A stretch of DNA of 64,000 nucleotides from Balanoglossus misakiensis (Eukaryota > Animalia > Hemichordata), in NCBI GenBank assembly GCA_040954595.2, contig CM082584.2, forward strand, positions 13,757,337-13,821,336, in the 5' to 3' direction. Of this stretch, positions 41,852 through 53,300 are shown piece by piece. The notes below the pieces were generated by a model. The model was not told the origin of the DNA and searched no databases. It saw only the letters and a program-made list of their open reading frames with translations. The number at the start of each line of letters is the position of its first letter. Position 1 is the stretch's first letter. Position numbers and translations under genes: made by a program.

Positions 41852-44297
41852 AGGCATCAAAATATGGACTTATATTTGGAAAGTTGTCAACATGCATGTG
41901 TAATTTTGAAAAGTCATGTATTAAATAAAACCGAATTTTAAGAGTCTCCACCAACAGTCTATCAAATGTGACTGAATAAGAAAATATAATTCCTTTTTAC
42001 TTCCTAACTGTAGAGAATATGTTTGGCTTGTTATACACATACATGTACATGTACTTGCTTTAAAGGCCATATTTTCTGAGGTGCAGATGCAATTTAATGG
42101 AATGACACAAACCGATATCACATCCATAGAATTTTACTTCGACACATTATAATCAACATCCTGTATTCAAAGTTAGTACATTTGTAGTTCGTTTGACGCT
42201 TTACGGTAACTTGGTCGTTGAAGTCGGACAGAACACCTATGGAGAAATATATTGCCATCGGTGATGTGCTACAAAAAATTTATGAACAGAGATCGTGAAA
42301 TGTTTTCTCGTCTAAAGCACACGACTGTAGGTGACAAAGATAATCATGTAGCAGCTGTACGTGCCTTGCAGTCAAGATGTTTGCGACGTGGCTGTTCCAC
42401 ACTGAAGGATGCAGATTGTATCTTGGAAAATATAAGACACCGTTGAGTTATGGCTGTGCTAGCTCTCTTGAATGCACCGCTTTCATAATCGGCATTGATA
42501 CTGATCTTGTATGTGCATGTGACTTGCTGCATACATAAGGACTGCTTTTGGAAGATGTTGGGGAGTCTTCCATTTTCCCCTGAAGTTCATTTCTGTTTTT
42601 AAAAACTTTTTTTTTTGGTATAGATAACAAAACGGATATCATTGTGTACCATGAGAATAGAACCGACTGCTTCGTCCCATTCAATCATGAAGGCTGCGAG
42701 AGCTAGGGGAATGTGACCTACCCTATTTCATACAGATATCAATATTCAAGGGACGTCGCACATTCTATATGCAGCGAGTCACTTTGTTAAATACCAATAT
42801 CATCCCTATGAATGCTAATTATTTCAACAGTCAAAATTTCTTTACCTTTAATAATGCTCTCTTATTTGTCTTCGTTATTTGGGATTTCATACTATGTTGT
42901 GACTCATTGCTGTTCTCTAAGTCTCGCGTTTGTAGGCTTCTCATGAATATATTTTTGGCAATCTGTGACACTGTGCATTGTTAGTCGGTAATTTTATGAG
43001 AAATTATTCTCCTCCCCAACCATCCTAAGTCGGACAGTAGAGAGTGCAGTGAGGGAGTGGAAACGTGAAAATTTCTGCCATGTTTATGTGTACGATTGAT
43101 TGGTTCGCTTTTCGCAGACGGAAATTTGTTGTGTACGAGACTGGTTTTGTGAATTCCGATGCGAAACTTGGGTAACGTGTGTTTCATGTACATCAAGTTA
43201 CTCAGTATTAAATTGCACATAATTTTGTAGCCATAAGTCAGTTTCTTTCTCGCCACGTAAAATGACGCAGCCAAGCGATTCCATCATTCCAGATAGCCGT
43301 TCCAATCACATTGGGCGGTTTCGGCTCATAAAACATCTAATTTTATGGGTCTCGGTGCATATACCTGATAGTGCACACTTAATGACTTGAGAAAGTCGCA
43401 TGTTATTGACAATATTCTTTTAAAAATTAAAAGTTATGTCGTGATTTTTATGCCCCATATTGCGACTTGGTACCTTTCTGACCTGATATACCTCCCGTCC
43501 ATTCCTACAGATGTGAAAACCCTGTAGAAGTGTAATTAATGTCACATTACATTGTGTCGCTATTTTATAATGATGCCATGGTTGGCTCAGGTCACCCATT
43601 TAAATTACAATGTAATAAAAATAGACTAATGTAATATGCAACGACTTGATCATTGCGGTGAGACATAAACTGTATAATTTTGAACTGACAGGCATGAGGT
43701 AAAATATCATTTACCACGTGCAGCAATAAAGCATGGATCAGAAATATGACATTGCGTTTATGTCTGTTTAACAGTTAATGGCAGCTGCTTTTGCACTGAA
43801 TCATGCTTCAGAGATGGCATGAAGATCACGCAAAATGGTATGAGTGAACAGCTACAATAATATTGTAGATGTGATCATTATACTTTGAATGGTAGCATTT
43901 TTATGTGTGCAAAAAATGATTAGAAAACAAAATCATGGTGATAAGTGTACACCATGAAAAGATTCATTGGTGAATAGATAGTATGTGCCAAAGTAAATTA
44001 GTTATGATGGCAAAGTTTAGCCTAAAATCACACAGCAGTTCATTCAAAGAATCAGCCTCAGCCCTTTGAACCGCGCACGACCGTGCCGACAAAGTTTATC
44101 TCACAACAAAAGCGAGACTGGGAGCAGCTTGAGGATGACAGTAACAGATGTCTTTTTGAGAAATTTCACAGCTCCAAATATCCCCCTGCAAACTTTTGCA
44201 GTCAGTGTTGCCTGAAAGTGTGGTCTCTTATACTAAGCAGTACGTGATATTTTGCCCACATTTTTTCTCCATTCTCAGGTTTTTAACAGCTTTCATC

Positions 44298-44459
44298 ATG
44301 CCCAGGGGATGCCCATGCTTCTCGCCTCAAGTCGAGGAGATCTCTCTCTTAGACTTTCGGCACTGCAATTTACTGTTTGTTCCTGAGGAGATCTATGAAT
44401 TTGAGAAGTCATTGGAAGAGTTGTATGTCGACTCCAACAACATCAAAGACCTTCCACGG
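44298..44459 (+). CDS. ERBIN: LAP-family (Erbin/LRRC7-densin-like) leucine-rich-repeat protein, first coding exon (MPRGCPCFSPQVEEISLLDFRHCNLLFVPEEIYEFEKSLEELYVDSNNIKDLPR)
   Basis: ATG at 44298 follows a polypyrimidine/AG acceptor (ttttttctccattctcag, AG 44277-44278). The 54 codons end in phase 0 at donor CGG|GTAAGT (GT 44460-44461). The translation resembles the Erbin/densin N-terminus as I recall it (PCRC...[37 protein letters not shown]). The symbol is approximate: the gene is probably co-orthologous to ERBIN and LRRC7. Confidence 0.93.
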
Positions 44460-46938
44460 GTAAGTTGCTAGGCTTGTCTTCTTAGAGCAGTGAATCTTTG
44501 CACATCCAACTTGAAACCTGTCACAAGGTGCCTAAGAACCAGGTCCTATTGCAGTGATATCAATAACATGATCTGTGATATGGCAAAACCACAACTGGAT
44601 TTATCTGCACCTTTGTGAGGGTCACTGTGTATCAAAGATGGATGACGTTTTAGTGTCAGTAGAGTAAAATTATTATAATTTATATAAATTAAAGATTTAG
44701 ACATAAAAAAGTCTGAAAGTCTGCTTCTGCAAAGTATGAACTACACCGGACAAACTTTTCTCCTTCCAGGAGTGTACCACATGTGCGCTCAATAAATCAA
44801 AATGGATCGGCGGACTAAAAGTCCAAGCCCCCACCTGGTGATTTATTGCTACCTGCAGCAAATATTCGCTGAATAATGAGCTACAAAGCAGTCCAGTCAT
44901 TTCTGGAATTTGGAAGAAATTTTCACAATAAATTATGCATTAGTGAAATTGGATTTGATTAGATGTTTGTGTAATTTATTTGCTTACACGGTGAGCGAAA
45001 ACAAACTGAAAATTTGATTTAAAGTCATTGATTTATTGCTGTTTTATGAAACTGTTAATTCTTTTCTATTACAGTACATTTCAACGTGTGCGTGTGCGTG
45101 TATACGGATAACTTAAGCAATCATATCCCCAGAAGTTAGGCACAAAACTTTCTTATTGGGGAACTTTTTTTGTTCTTTTGAGATAGAGGCAGATTTATGA
45201 TCAGAAAAAGATCATTTGGAAAAGAAATCAGTTTTTTTTTCATTAACATTCAGAAAAAGATACCTGTTTTTCAACAGTTTCATGTTTTTGATGATTAATA
45301 AGAATTTTTTTTATGAAAGGTTCCAAATCCAACTTAATACACGAGAAAACTATCTGATGAAGCATTTCATATACTGACAGAGTTTATTGATAATTTGATT
45401 TCAAAGCATAATTTTTCAACGAAATAACAATAGCTGGGCATGATGAGATATGTTTCACATTGGTGTCTCTCTGGAGTCATACTAGTGGAAGATCGATTTA
45501 TACCCGTAATAGTTGTATTTTTGTGTTTTGATCATTGTCTTTACGGTCGATTTTATTAGATTAAAGCTGGTATGCTGGATGACTATACCCAGATAGCAAT
45601 CAAGAACTCAAACAAAATCCAATCTAATTGATGTAATTAGAGTGAGGCACATTGATTGACTGGTTTTATTAGATTAGTCCGCATCCGTCCTGCTTAAATG
45701 TTCAACATCCATAAAAGAGCCAGGCAGAGAGGGAATGTCTTACGTTTATCAGTGGAGATCAGTGTCCCATGTGTTTCAGGCAAACGGATATTGCATGCCA
45801 CGTTTGTCATAGAGCGTATCCTCGTCATCCTTCTCAGTTGCCATCATTGTTCATCATTCATGGCTCTTAAAAAAGCTGCCATAAAACGGCTGTGTCGCAA
45901 GTTTTGAAAATTGGTTCGCTTTTTTTTAACAAGGGGCTATAAAAATGATGAAGGGACACGACTAATAGACTAATATACGTAATGGCCCCATTCACCCTCC
46001 CCCTCCCTTTATGACCTCCCTTTCAGTTGGCCTTAGTCCGACCTATGACCTTGCAAAACATTTGTCAAATGCAGACAGGGTGTCTTCACGCAACTCGCAA
46101 AAGACCAATTGCAACCCCGATGGTGATGTACCTATGAAAAAGTGAATATGTGGGACTTTGTTAAATACCAATATCATCCCCCCCCCTCCCATGGTACAGC
46201 TGCGTACCACAGCTACATTATATACACTTATACTCAAGAGTCAAAAGAAAGTTTATCATTTGGACTATTTTGGCACATTCTCCATGGAATTGATAAATTT
46301 ACCAGTCTAATATTTTATGCATTTCACTGATCAGTCACCGTCATTCCAAATATAAAAGCTGACAAGAATTTACATTATTATTATTTGAAATACTGTTTTA
46401 CTACTACATGTATACCGTTTTTTGTTCAAAATGCCTGTTGTTGCATTTCCCACAATAAGTGTTTGTGAAAAGTCCGGAACTGCAAAGAATCAATCATTTT
46501 GCAGTATTCAACCATTTTGGATCGAAAGGATCTGTGGGTTGATTAAAATGTAATCCCCTTGTGTTGCACTTTAAAAGATGTCTGGGTCGCGTGTCAAAGG
46601 TCGCAGGGCGTGACAAACAGAGAATCCTTTTCACAGAAACAAATTGGTTGCCACAGTTCGTACATTTGTAGCCAATACAGAAAACTGCTGCTGGCAAAAT
46701 ATAAAAATAGAATATAAAAAATATGACATTTTTTTTTATTTTTTATGTTGACAGCATCTACAGTTTCCACTTTGCTATGAATCTACCTTGACTGAATACC
46801 AAACGAAATGATGTATAAATAGCAGTTTTCAGAGTTTACAGTTTTATGATAATGTCCCTACAATATGAATATATGTAAGGTTTATGATTTTTTGCTGTAC
46901 CTTCCCAGGACACAATTGCACTGTTTTCAATGGTGACA

Positions 46939-46952
46939 GTTTCCATGGAAAC
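46939..46952. promoter_or_regulatory. RFX X-box-like perfect palindrome GTTTCCATGGAAAC in the first coding intron
   Basis: Resembles the X-box consensus GTTNCCATGGNAAC; motif evidence only. Confidence 0.35.
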
Positions 46953-47763
46953 AAGAATCCATGCCATTTGGAAGTGCCAGTAGGTTTTTTATGAAATGCT
47001 GGATCCAGTGATCTGGCATGTGTGTGGCATTAATATTTTTCAGATGGTTAGAGTGATGCAATAGTGATGCCTTGTTGTGGAGTTTCTGGAATGAAAACAA
47101 GATTAACCCCAGTTTCACATTCTTAAAAGTAAAAAGCAAGCAAAAATGAGGTTCAACAAACCCCCCAAATCCCTTTGATATTTAAGAGACCTTGCCCCAC
47201 TTTTCCAAACACTACTGAACAGCCATTTTTCTCGTATTTTGGTTCACTGGTGGTTTGTATTGCAGAGAAGAACAAAATGTGTGGCATTGTGATTACATAC
47301 CATTGTATCTCAGTATAAGAGGGTGACATGCATGTGTTACCAGGCAATTTGTTTCGGCTTCGTGAGAATTTGTGTGTTTTTGTACAACACTGCAATGATG
47401 AAGTATCAAATATATGCTTAAACATGATAATGTGATGGTAAAACTAGATGTATGTATTTACATGTATGTAAAGATACACAAACCAGAAGTTTTCAGTTTT
47501 CACATTTCTCTCTGTCATCACCGACAAAACTTTGGGATTATTTGAGAGACAGACAGACAGGCAACAAGGTTGAAAAAAACATAGACAAGGTTCATTCACA
47601 GCAGTGAGTTGCAATGATTTTTACAATTTTCGCTTTCAAATGAATTTACATGTCACTAACATCAAAATATTTTAGTTTAAATTGTCTTCATAAATATGAA
47701 GCTGAAAGCTTTGTTTCAGATGATTGTAAAGATTTTGTTACTTGTTGTATCTTACACTTACAG

Positions 47764-47881
47764 CCATTATTTCACTGCCAAAATCTGCGCAAGTTGGGAG
47801 CCAGCGACAATGAACTATGCGTCTTGCCGCCAGCCATTGCAAGCCTTGTCAGCTTGGAAGAATTGGATATCAGTAAAAACG
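47764..47881 (+). CDS. ERBIN: Erbin/LRRC7-like LAP protein, coding exon 2 ([40 protein letters not shown])
   Basis: Acceptor cttacacttacag ends at 47763; 118 nt; donor AACG|GTGAGT. Enters in phase 0 and exits in phase 1. LRR consensus LxxLxLxxN is present, and the sequence resembles Erbin [40 protein letters not shown]. Confidence 0.95.
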
Positions 47882-48582
47882 GTGAGTTTTTTTCAATCCT
47901 CTTTAGAATAATTTCACTGCATGTAAAAGACATGACAACTCTTGAAATGCACATCCACAGAATACTATTTTGTATTCCATTTTGTGGGTTGCATACACAT
48001 GACACAAGACCCGTCTCTCAAATACCGTACCACACTCAGTATTTGACCAGGGACTCAAAAGCTTTGGACAATAAAATGTAAAATTGGGAAATTTATTATA
48101 AGGCACACACACATAAATGTAGTCTACCTAATTGGTCCGTAGTATAGTAACCTGTTGAAGTTGTAGGTCTTGCTATGACTAGATTCTCATTGGACCATCA
48201 CTGCCAATTTCACTATTCTAGCTTTCTCTGATAGATTGCCTTTTTCATGGCTGCTTTCATATGACAGTCTTTAAAGATAAGATTGGGAATGGGTTTCATA
48301 ATATAATCTGAGACAGACGTTTCTATTTCTTTTATCAGTTAGAAGTATCAGATAGGATTAGTTACCAAGTCTACTTTTGCTCTGGATCTAATTAATGTGG
48401 CATTGATACGGAGAGGGTACGATCTTTCAAGTAACTTATTATGGAGATTAAACGTTGCCAATTTGGTTCCATAACATTTTTTTTAGTCAATTGTTTTAGG
48501 GACTGAAGTGCACTAAAGTTGTAGTGTCCAAATTAACTTTGGTTCTTTAATTTAGTTATTCTCTTTAAGTACATTTGGCTAT

Positions 48583-48690
48583 TGAGAGAGAGATTGAGAG
48601 ATAGATATATACATGTACATAGAGAGAGATAGACAGAAGGAGGGAGGGAGGGGGACAGAGGGGTGAAAGATGGACAGAGATACATAGAGA
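48583..48690 (+). repeat. Low-complexity GA-rich/GGGA tract in intron 2
   Basis: gagagagagattgagagatag...agagagagatagacagaagggagggagggagggg. Confidence 0.8.
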
Positions 48691-50320
48691 AATTCACAAA
48701 GGAAATGGAAACTCAGCATAATGTGAAAAAGGTCATACCTCTATTATTAACTTAGAGAACAGGGAACATTACTTGACTTCATGAGACAAACATGTCCATA
48801 CAATTTTAAGGTAACTTTTCAGGAAAACATCATGAAACTATGTATTTGCAAAATTTTATTTTTAATCAAATGTTCACTGAAAATGTAGCAATGTCAAAGT
48901 CTTTAACCAGTTCTTTTTCGACCATGCACTTAGTATGCGCTGGGTGTGTTTTCATTGGCATTCAGAAAATGTTTTGATCTTAGCAGTCGTGGGCATTGAC
49001 ATTTCCCATTGAGGACAATTTACTGGCTCACATCTGCTTTACAAGCCCATGCACAATTGAACAGATTAACCGCTTTAATAGAACGTATACTCGCTGTGTT
49101 TGACGTGTGGGTGAATGTCAAGTTTACCATTCTGCGATCTGCCTGACCACAATTCCAAAATAGGAGGAGGTGAAGTGAAATGGCTGGGAAAGTTAAAGTT
49201 AAGTGTCTGACGACAACGATTGTGTGGAATGGTTTATAACCAGTGTGGGAAATCCGTGGGCATTGGAGCTGACAGGTTTCTTTTAAAACATTTTATTACT
49301 CTAAGAAAAGAAGCTTTGAGCAATGTATGTGTTACCATACACCTGTACTGTGAATACTTTGTGCAAAAGGGAAGTTTGTAGGATTGCTGTACAACAGGAA
49401 GCATGTTTTGGGTTGGAGTGAGGGTGGGGGGGGGGGGCACATTTTATGGTGGAACAGGTGGGGGAATTGAGGGACCTGTATGGTGTGGTAGCAGGTACAA
49501 AGCAAAAGAAAGGGAGGCTTGAAGGTGGTGTGAAGAGGGAAACAGTATTACTGATATGTACATGTAGTTGTGACTGTAGGCATTGAAATCAGAGCAATAC
49601 CATGAGAGAATTTTACCCAGCCTTGTACATCATGTGTACACACATTCATCGGTCGTCTAAGTTACCCGCACAAAAGATCATCTATTCGTCTGTATTTATA
49701 TGTATGCTGTCGTAATGTGTGATAAATTATTCACTTTTAAAAATAGACTACTGGAGGTTGTCTAAAGTGTCAGTGAGACACCCAATGCTTGATATTACCA
49801 CTGCTGTGTTTGATCATGTTCCCATTTTGCCAATCATTGAAACTGCATGGATAGTCAGTTTGAATCATGGAAAATTTGGTCACCACTCTAATCTTTATAC
49901 AGAAATGCTCTTGTACTAATTTTTGTATCAGTGTGTGCTTGTGCAGGAAGCTAATCATGTGATTTTAAAAGGAAAAACAAGGCTAATTTAAATGTCATAA
50001 TTTTAGCAATAAGAATGAACCCTTTCAGGCATGACTTCTGGGATCATACCCACTGTGTTTGCGTCTATTTGTAGGTGTTTGGGTCTGATTTTAAAGTTGA
50101 TTGTTTTTTGTCTGTATTAATTGCTCAGAGAGAGAAATGTCTTTACACAAATGATGACCGAAAAGTTTGTGTTTATTTAATGATTGAGGCATGCACTACA
50201 TGATTGGTGATATTGATAATTTTGTGTATTAAAGTTACAAATGTAGAAGTCAGAAAATTTCAGTATTTGAAGTTTCAACTCACTGTTTCATGTAATTACC
50301 TTTTGTCTTTTTTTCTCTAG

Positions 50321-50399
50321 GTATTGTAGAGTTGCCGGACAACATCAAATGTTGTAAAAATCTTCACACAGTTGAACTCAGTGTAAATCCAATAGGAAA
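50321..50399 (+). CDS. ERBIN: Erbin/LRRC7-like LAP protein, coding exon 3 (G-IVELPDNIKCCKNLHTVELSVNPIG-K); absent from the ORF track
   Basis: Strong acceptor ttttgtctttttttctctag ends at 50320; 79 nt; donor GAAA|GTAAGT (GT 50400-50401). Phase 1 entry fits exon 2, exit is phase 2. It resembles Erbin [26 protein letters not shown]; SVNPI fits Erbin/densin better than Scribble (SGNPL). Confidence 0.94.
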
Positions 50400-53300
50400 G
50401 TAAGTCAAGCACTCTATATATTTTATATCAGATGAAAAAAAATGATCATACAGTGCAATATTATGTTTATGATGGCAATCAAAACACAACTTGTACAGCC
50501 AGGGTTTTGTGTTTGAGCACTTTAAGTGACGTTTGTCGTTCATCGGGAAATAATGGGTTTCCTCTCCACAGTGCTGACGGATCAGAAAACCCACGACTGT
50601 AAACCTGACAGAGAGGTCACGCCCTTTCATTGCAAATGTTTCCTGCATTTTTTGCCCAAATGCTGATGTTCGTGCAAACAGCAACAGCAATGCGAGGGCT
50701 TCCCTCGGTAATGATTTATGTCGCGGGATGGGAGCCGCGCTCACGACTTTTGGTGAAATGTTTGCCATCGCAAGCATTGTGCAAACGCGGTCAAATGTAT
50801 GCGTACCCATACGCGAGTGATATTGCACAAACATGCGGCCAAGCGCACAGCAAACAATGCAAATCCCCCCAATTAAAAACTTAGTAAAATTGATTTGAAT
50901 TTCAGGAAAAACACGCAATTGCCAGGTTAATGAAAATGCACATTTCAATTTCTCTGAGAAAGCCATTGATTGCATTGATATGTCAATCCTCAAATGGTCT
51001 GCAACAGTTCAAAAATAAGTCAATTTCCAAGATCAGAGTGGGTCCATTACTGGAAGTCTATCGAAAATATAAGGACTGAAAGCTAATTCATTTTTTTATG
51101 GAATTCAACATACAGGGGATGGGTATTGTCATCAGCAAATGTGTGTCTCCTTTGTTTTGCAAAAAAACTATAAAATCACGTATTTATTGATGGTTCTGCA
51201 AATTGTTATTGATAGTAAATGGTGATCAATTTGATAAGCCTACAAATTTAACTTGGAGACTCAGTTTTCAAAAACCACTGTTTTCGTAACTAGGGAAGAA
51301 ATCTGGCATGTACTGTGTCACATGTGTAATCCCTAACATCAGAAATTGTGTTAAAACTAGCACTTAGACCAGCCAAATCTAATTACACAAATTTTTCACA
51401 TTACCAGCATTTTCATTAAATTTCCATATTTTTCTTGACAGAAAGCAAACTGGAGATTTCCTTTGCTATATACAATGTTGATCAAATTTTATGGAAAAAA
51501 ATGATGATATTCCAGAAATTTGTGGTGACAGTAAGATCTCTGAAGGGATATTTAAGTCTGAGTTGAAACAGAATTATAGTTAAAGCAGTGTGTTACGAAA
51601 AATATTCAATGGAAATATTTGTACTATGTTAGTTTTATCACATGACTACTACAAAATATTGTTTGATAAAATTTGTATCTCTCATTCTTTTATGTCAGTT
51701 TGTACATGGATTTATTCAAAAATTACAGTGTAGTGTCATAAAATTTAATAATAATAATAATAATATGTTATCCAAGTGTAATTCAGTAAAATTGATTGCA
51801 AGAGTGTGTACTGTTTTAGACTTAGAAAAATTCAGTGCAATTTTGTGGTTGCTTTGAAATATGTTTAAAGCCTCGAACTTGACTGCTTGTAAAACAAAAA
51901 AGTTGTTGATTTTGACATAAATAAAACTACACAACGTATATTGACACGTTGTGCATGAGTGGTTGTAAATAGCAACTTGAAACTAAAAGTGAGAAGTTTG
52001 GCTTTGTTCAAAATTAAGACTAATTGTCTGCAGCCCAAAGCTGTGTGTGCATCATATATTTAGATTTATTAACAACTTAAAGCCGGTACTTTAACTTGTT
52101 AAATTTATAGCAACATTTCATGGAAGTGTATTGATGCATAAATTGTTCATAAATGAGAAACGACAAGCTACATGTGTACAAATTTTTTACAAAATTACAA
52201 GAAATTTTGTGACATCATATGATGCTGTCAGCTTTAAACAAAACTACAGAGCTATCAGGGAGAAATGTAGATCGTTCATTTGAATTTTCAACACGATCAC
52301 ACCAGTTTACAACATATTGCTGGTGTAAAGGTTAAAAAAATGCAATTTTTTTCTCCCCATGTTATATATGCATGCAATCACCAAGCTATTTTCCTTGCTG
52401 CAGACTACAGATGAGGTACTAAAATTTGAAATTGGCTTGTATTTTACGAACAACGGCAAACCACAAACATGCTAAATATATTTTGTTGGGTAAAGTTGAT
52501 ACACCATAGAGTTTTTATGTTCAAATCACCATCAGATCACCCTAGGTTTCATTTGATCTTTGAGGAAGTGTCAAATTTTATTTTCAATCAATTGTCATCA
52601 GACATTATTAGTTGCTGTGATAGACTCTCATTCAGGTCACAAATTCATAAAATTTTAGAAGAAGTACGTTTGGGGCGCTATGTTTATCTCCAGTTTCTGT
52701 TTCAGTTTCAAACAGTCCAAGATTAACAATTTGCGTCTGAAAATTTGTTGGCAGGTGTTGTTGTGAACTTAAATGCGGTTTGTGATACACTCCGACATGC
52801 TCCCAGAGTCACTATCAATTAGGTCATGTGATGGTTTGAATGCCAATTTTGAAGACCAATATTAGCTTTTGATTTTACAGCTGTAGTTTTTTATGAGTTT
52901 GCCATCCAGCCGCTAATATTCACGGCAAATGAACCATTCTGATACTAGATGGACAAAAAAAGCTTGTAAATATTCCATAAAAATGGAATGAGCAAATGCG
53001 ATGTCTTCAGGCGCAAGCTTTGACATTGTGACTTCTTGTATAAATCCCAAAAAGCTCAGCAGTAAAATTTTAAATCCTCACATCTTCTCAGCGCTGAGTC
53101 CTTTTTTTTTCTGTAATTTCACATTTCACAGTCAATTTTTCATGCCATTTGAGCAATGGAAATCGTCTGAAGGGCAATGCTCTTTTTGATCAGTGAGCTT
53201 TTATGAAAGGCAAAGAAAGCCAACAGACAAAGGCAAATTGGCTCTCACAAAAGGGAGAATGAAAAGTTAGCGTGTGTAACGGTATTGTTGGAAATAAATA

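Noticed and set aside
50364-50993. Longest ORF (209 aa, minus strand) overlapping exon 3 antisense
   Set aside because: Non-ATG start, no recognisable family, random-like composition; explained by locally higher GC.
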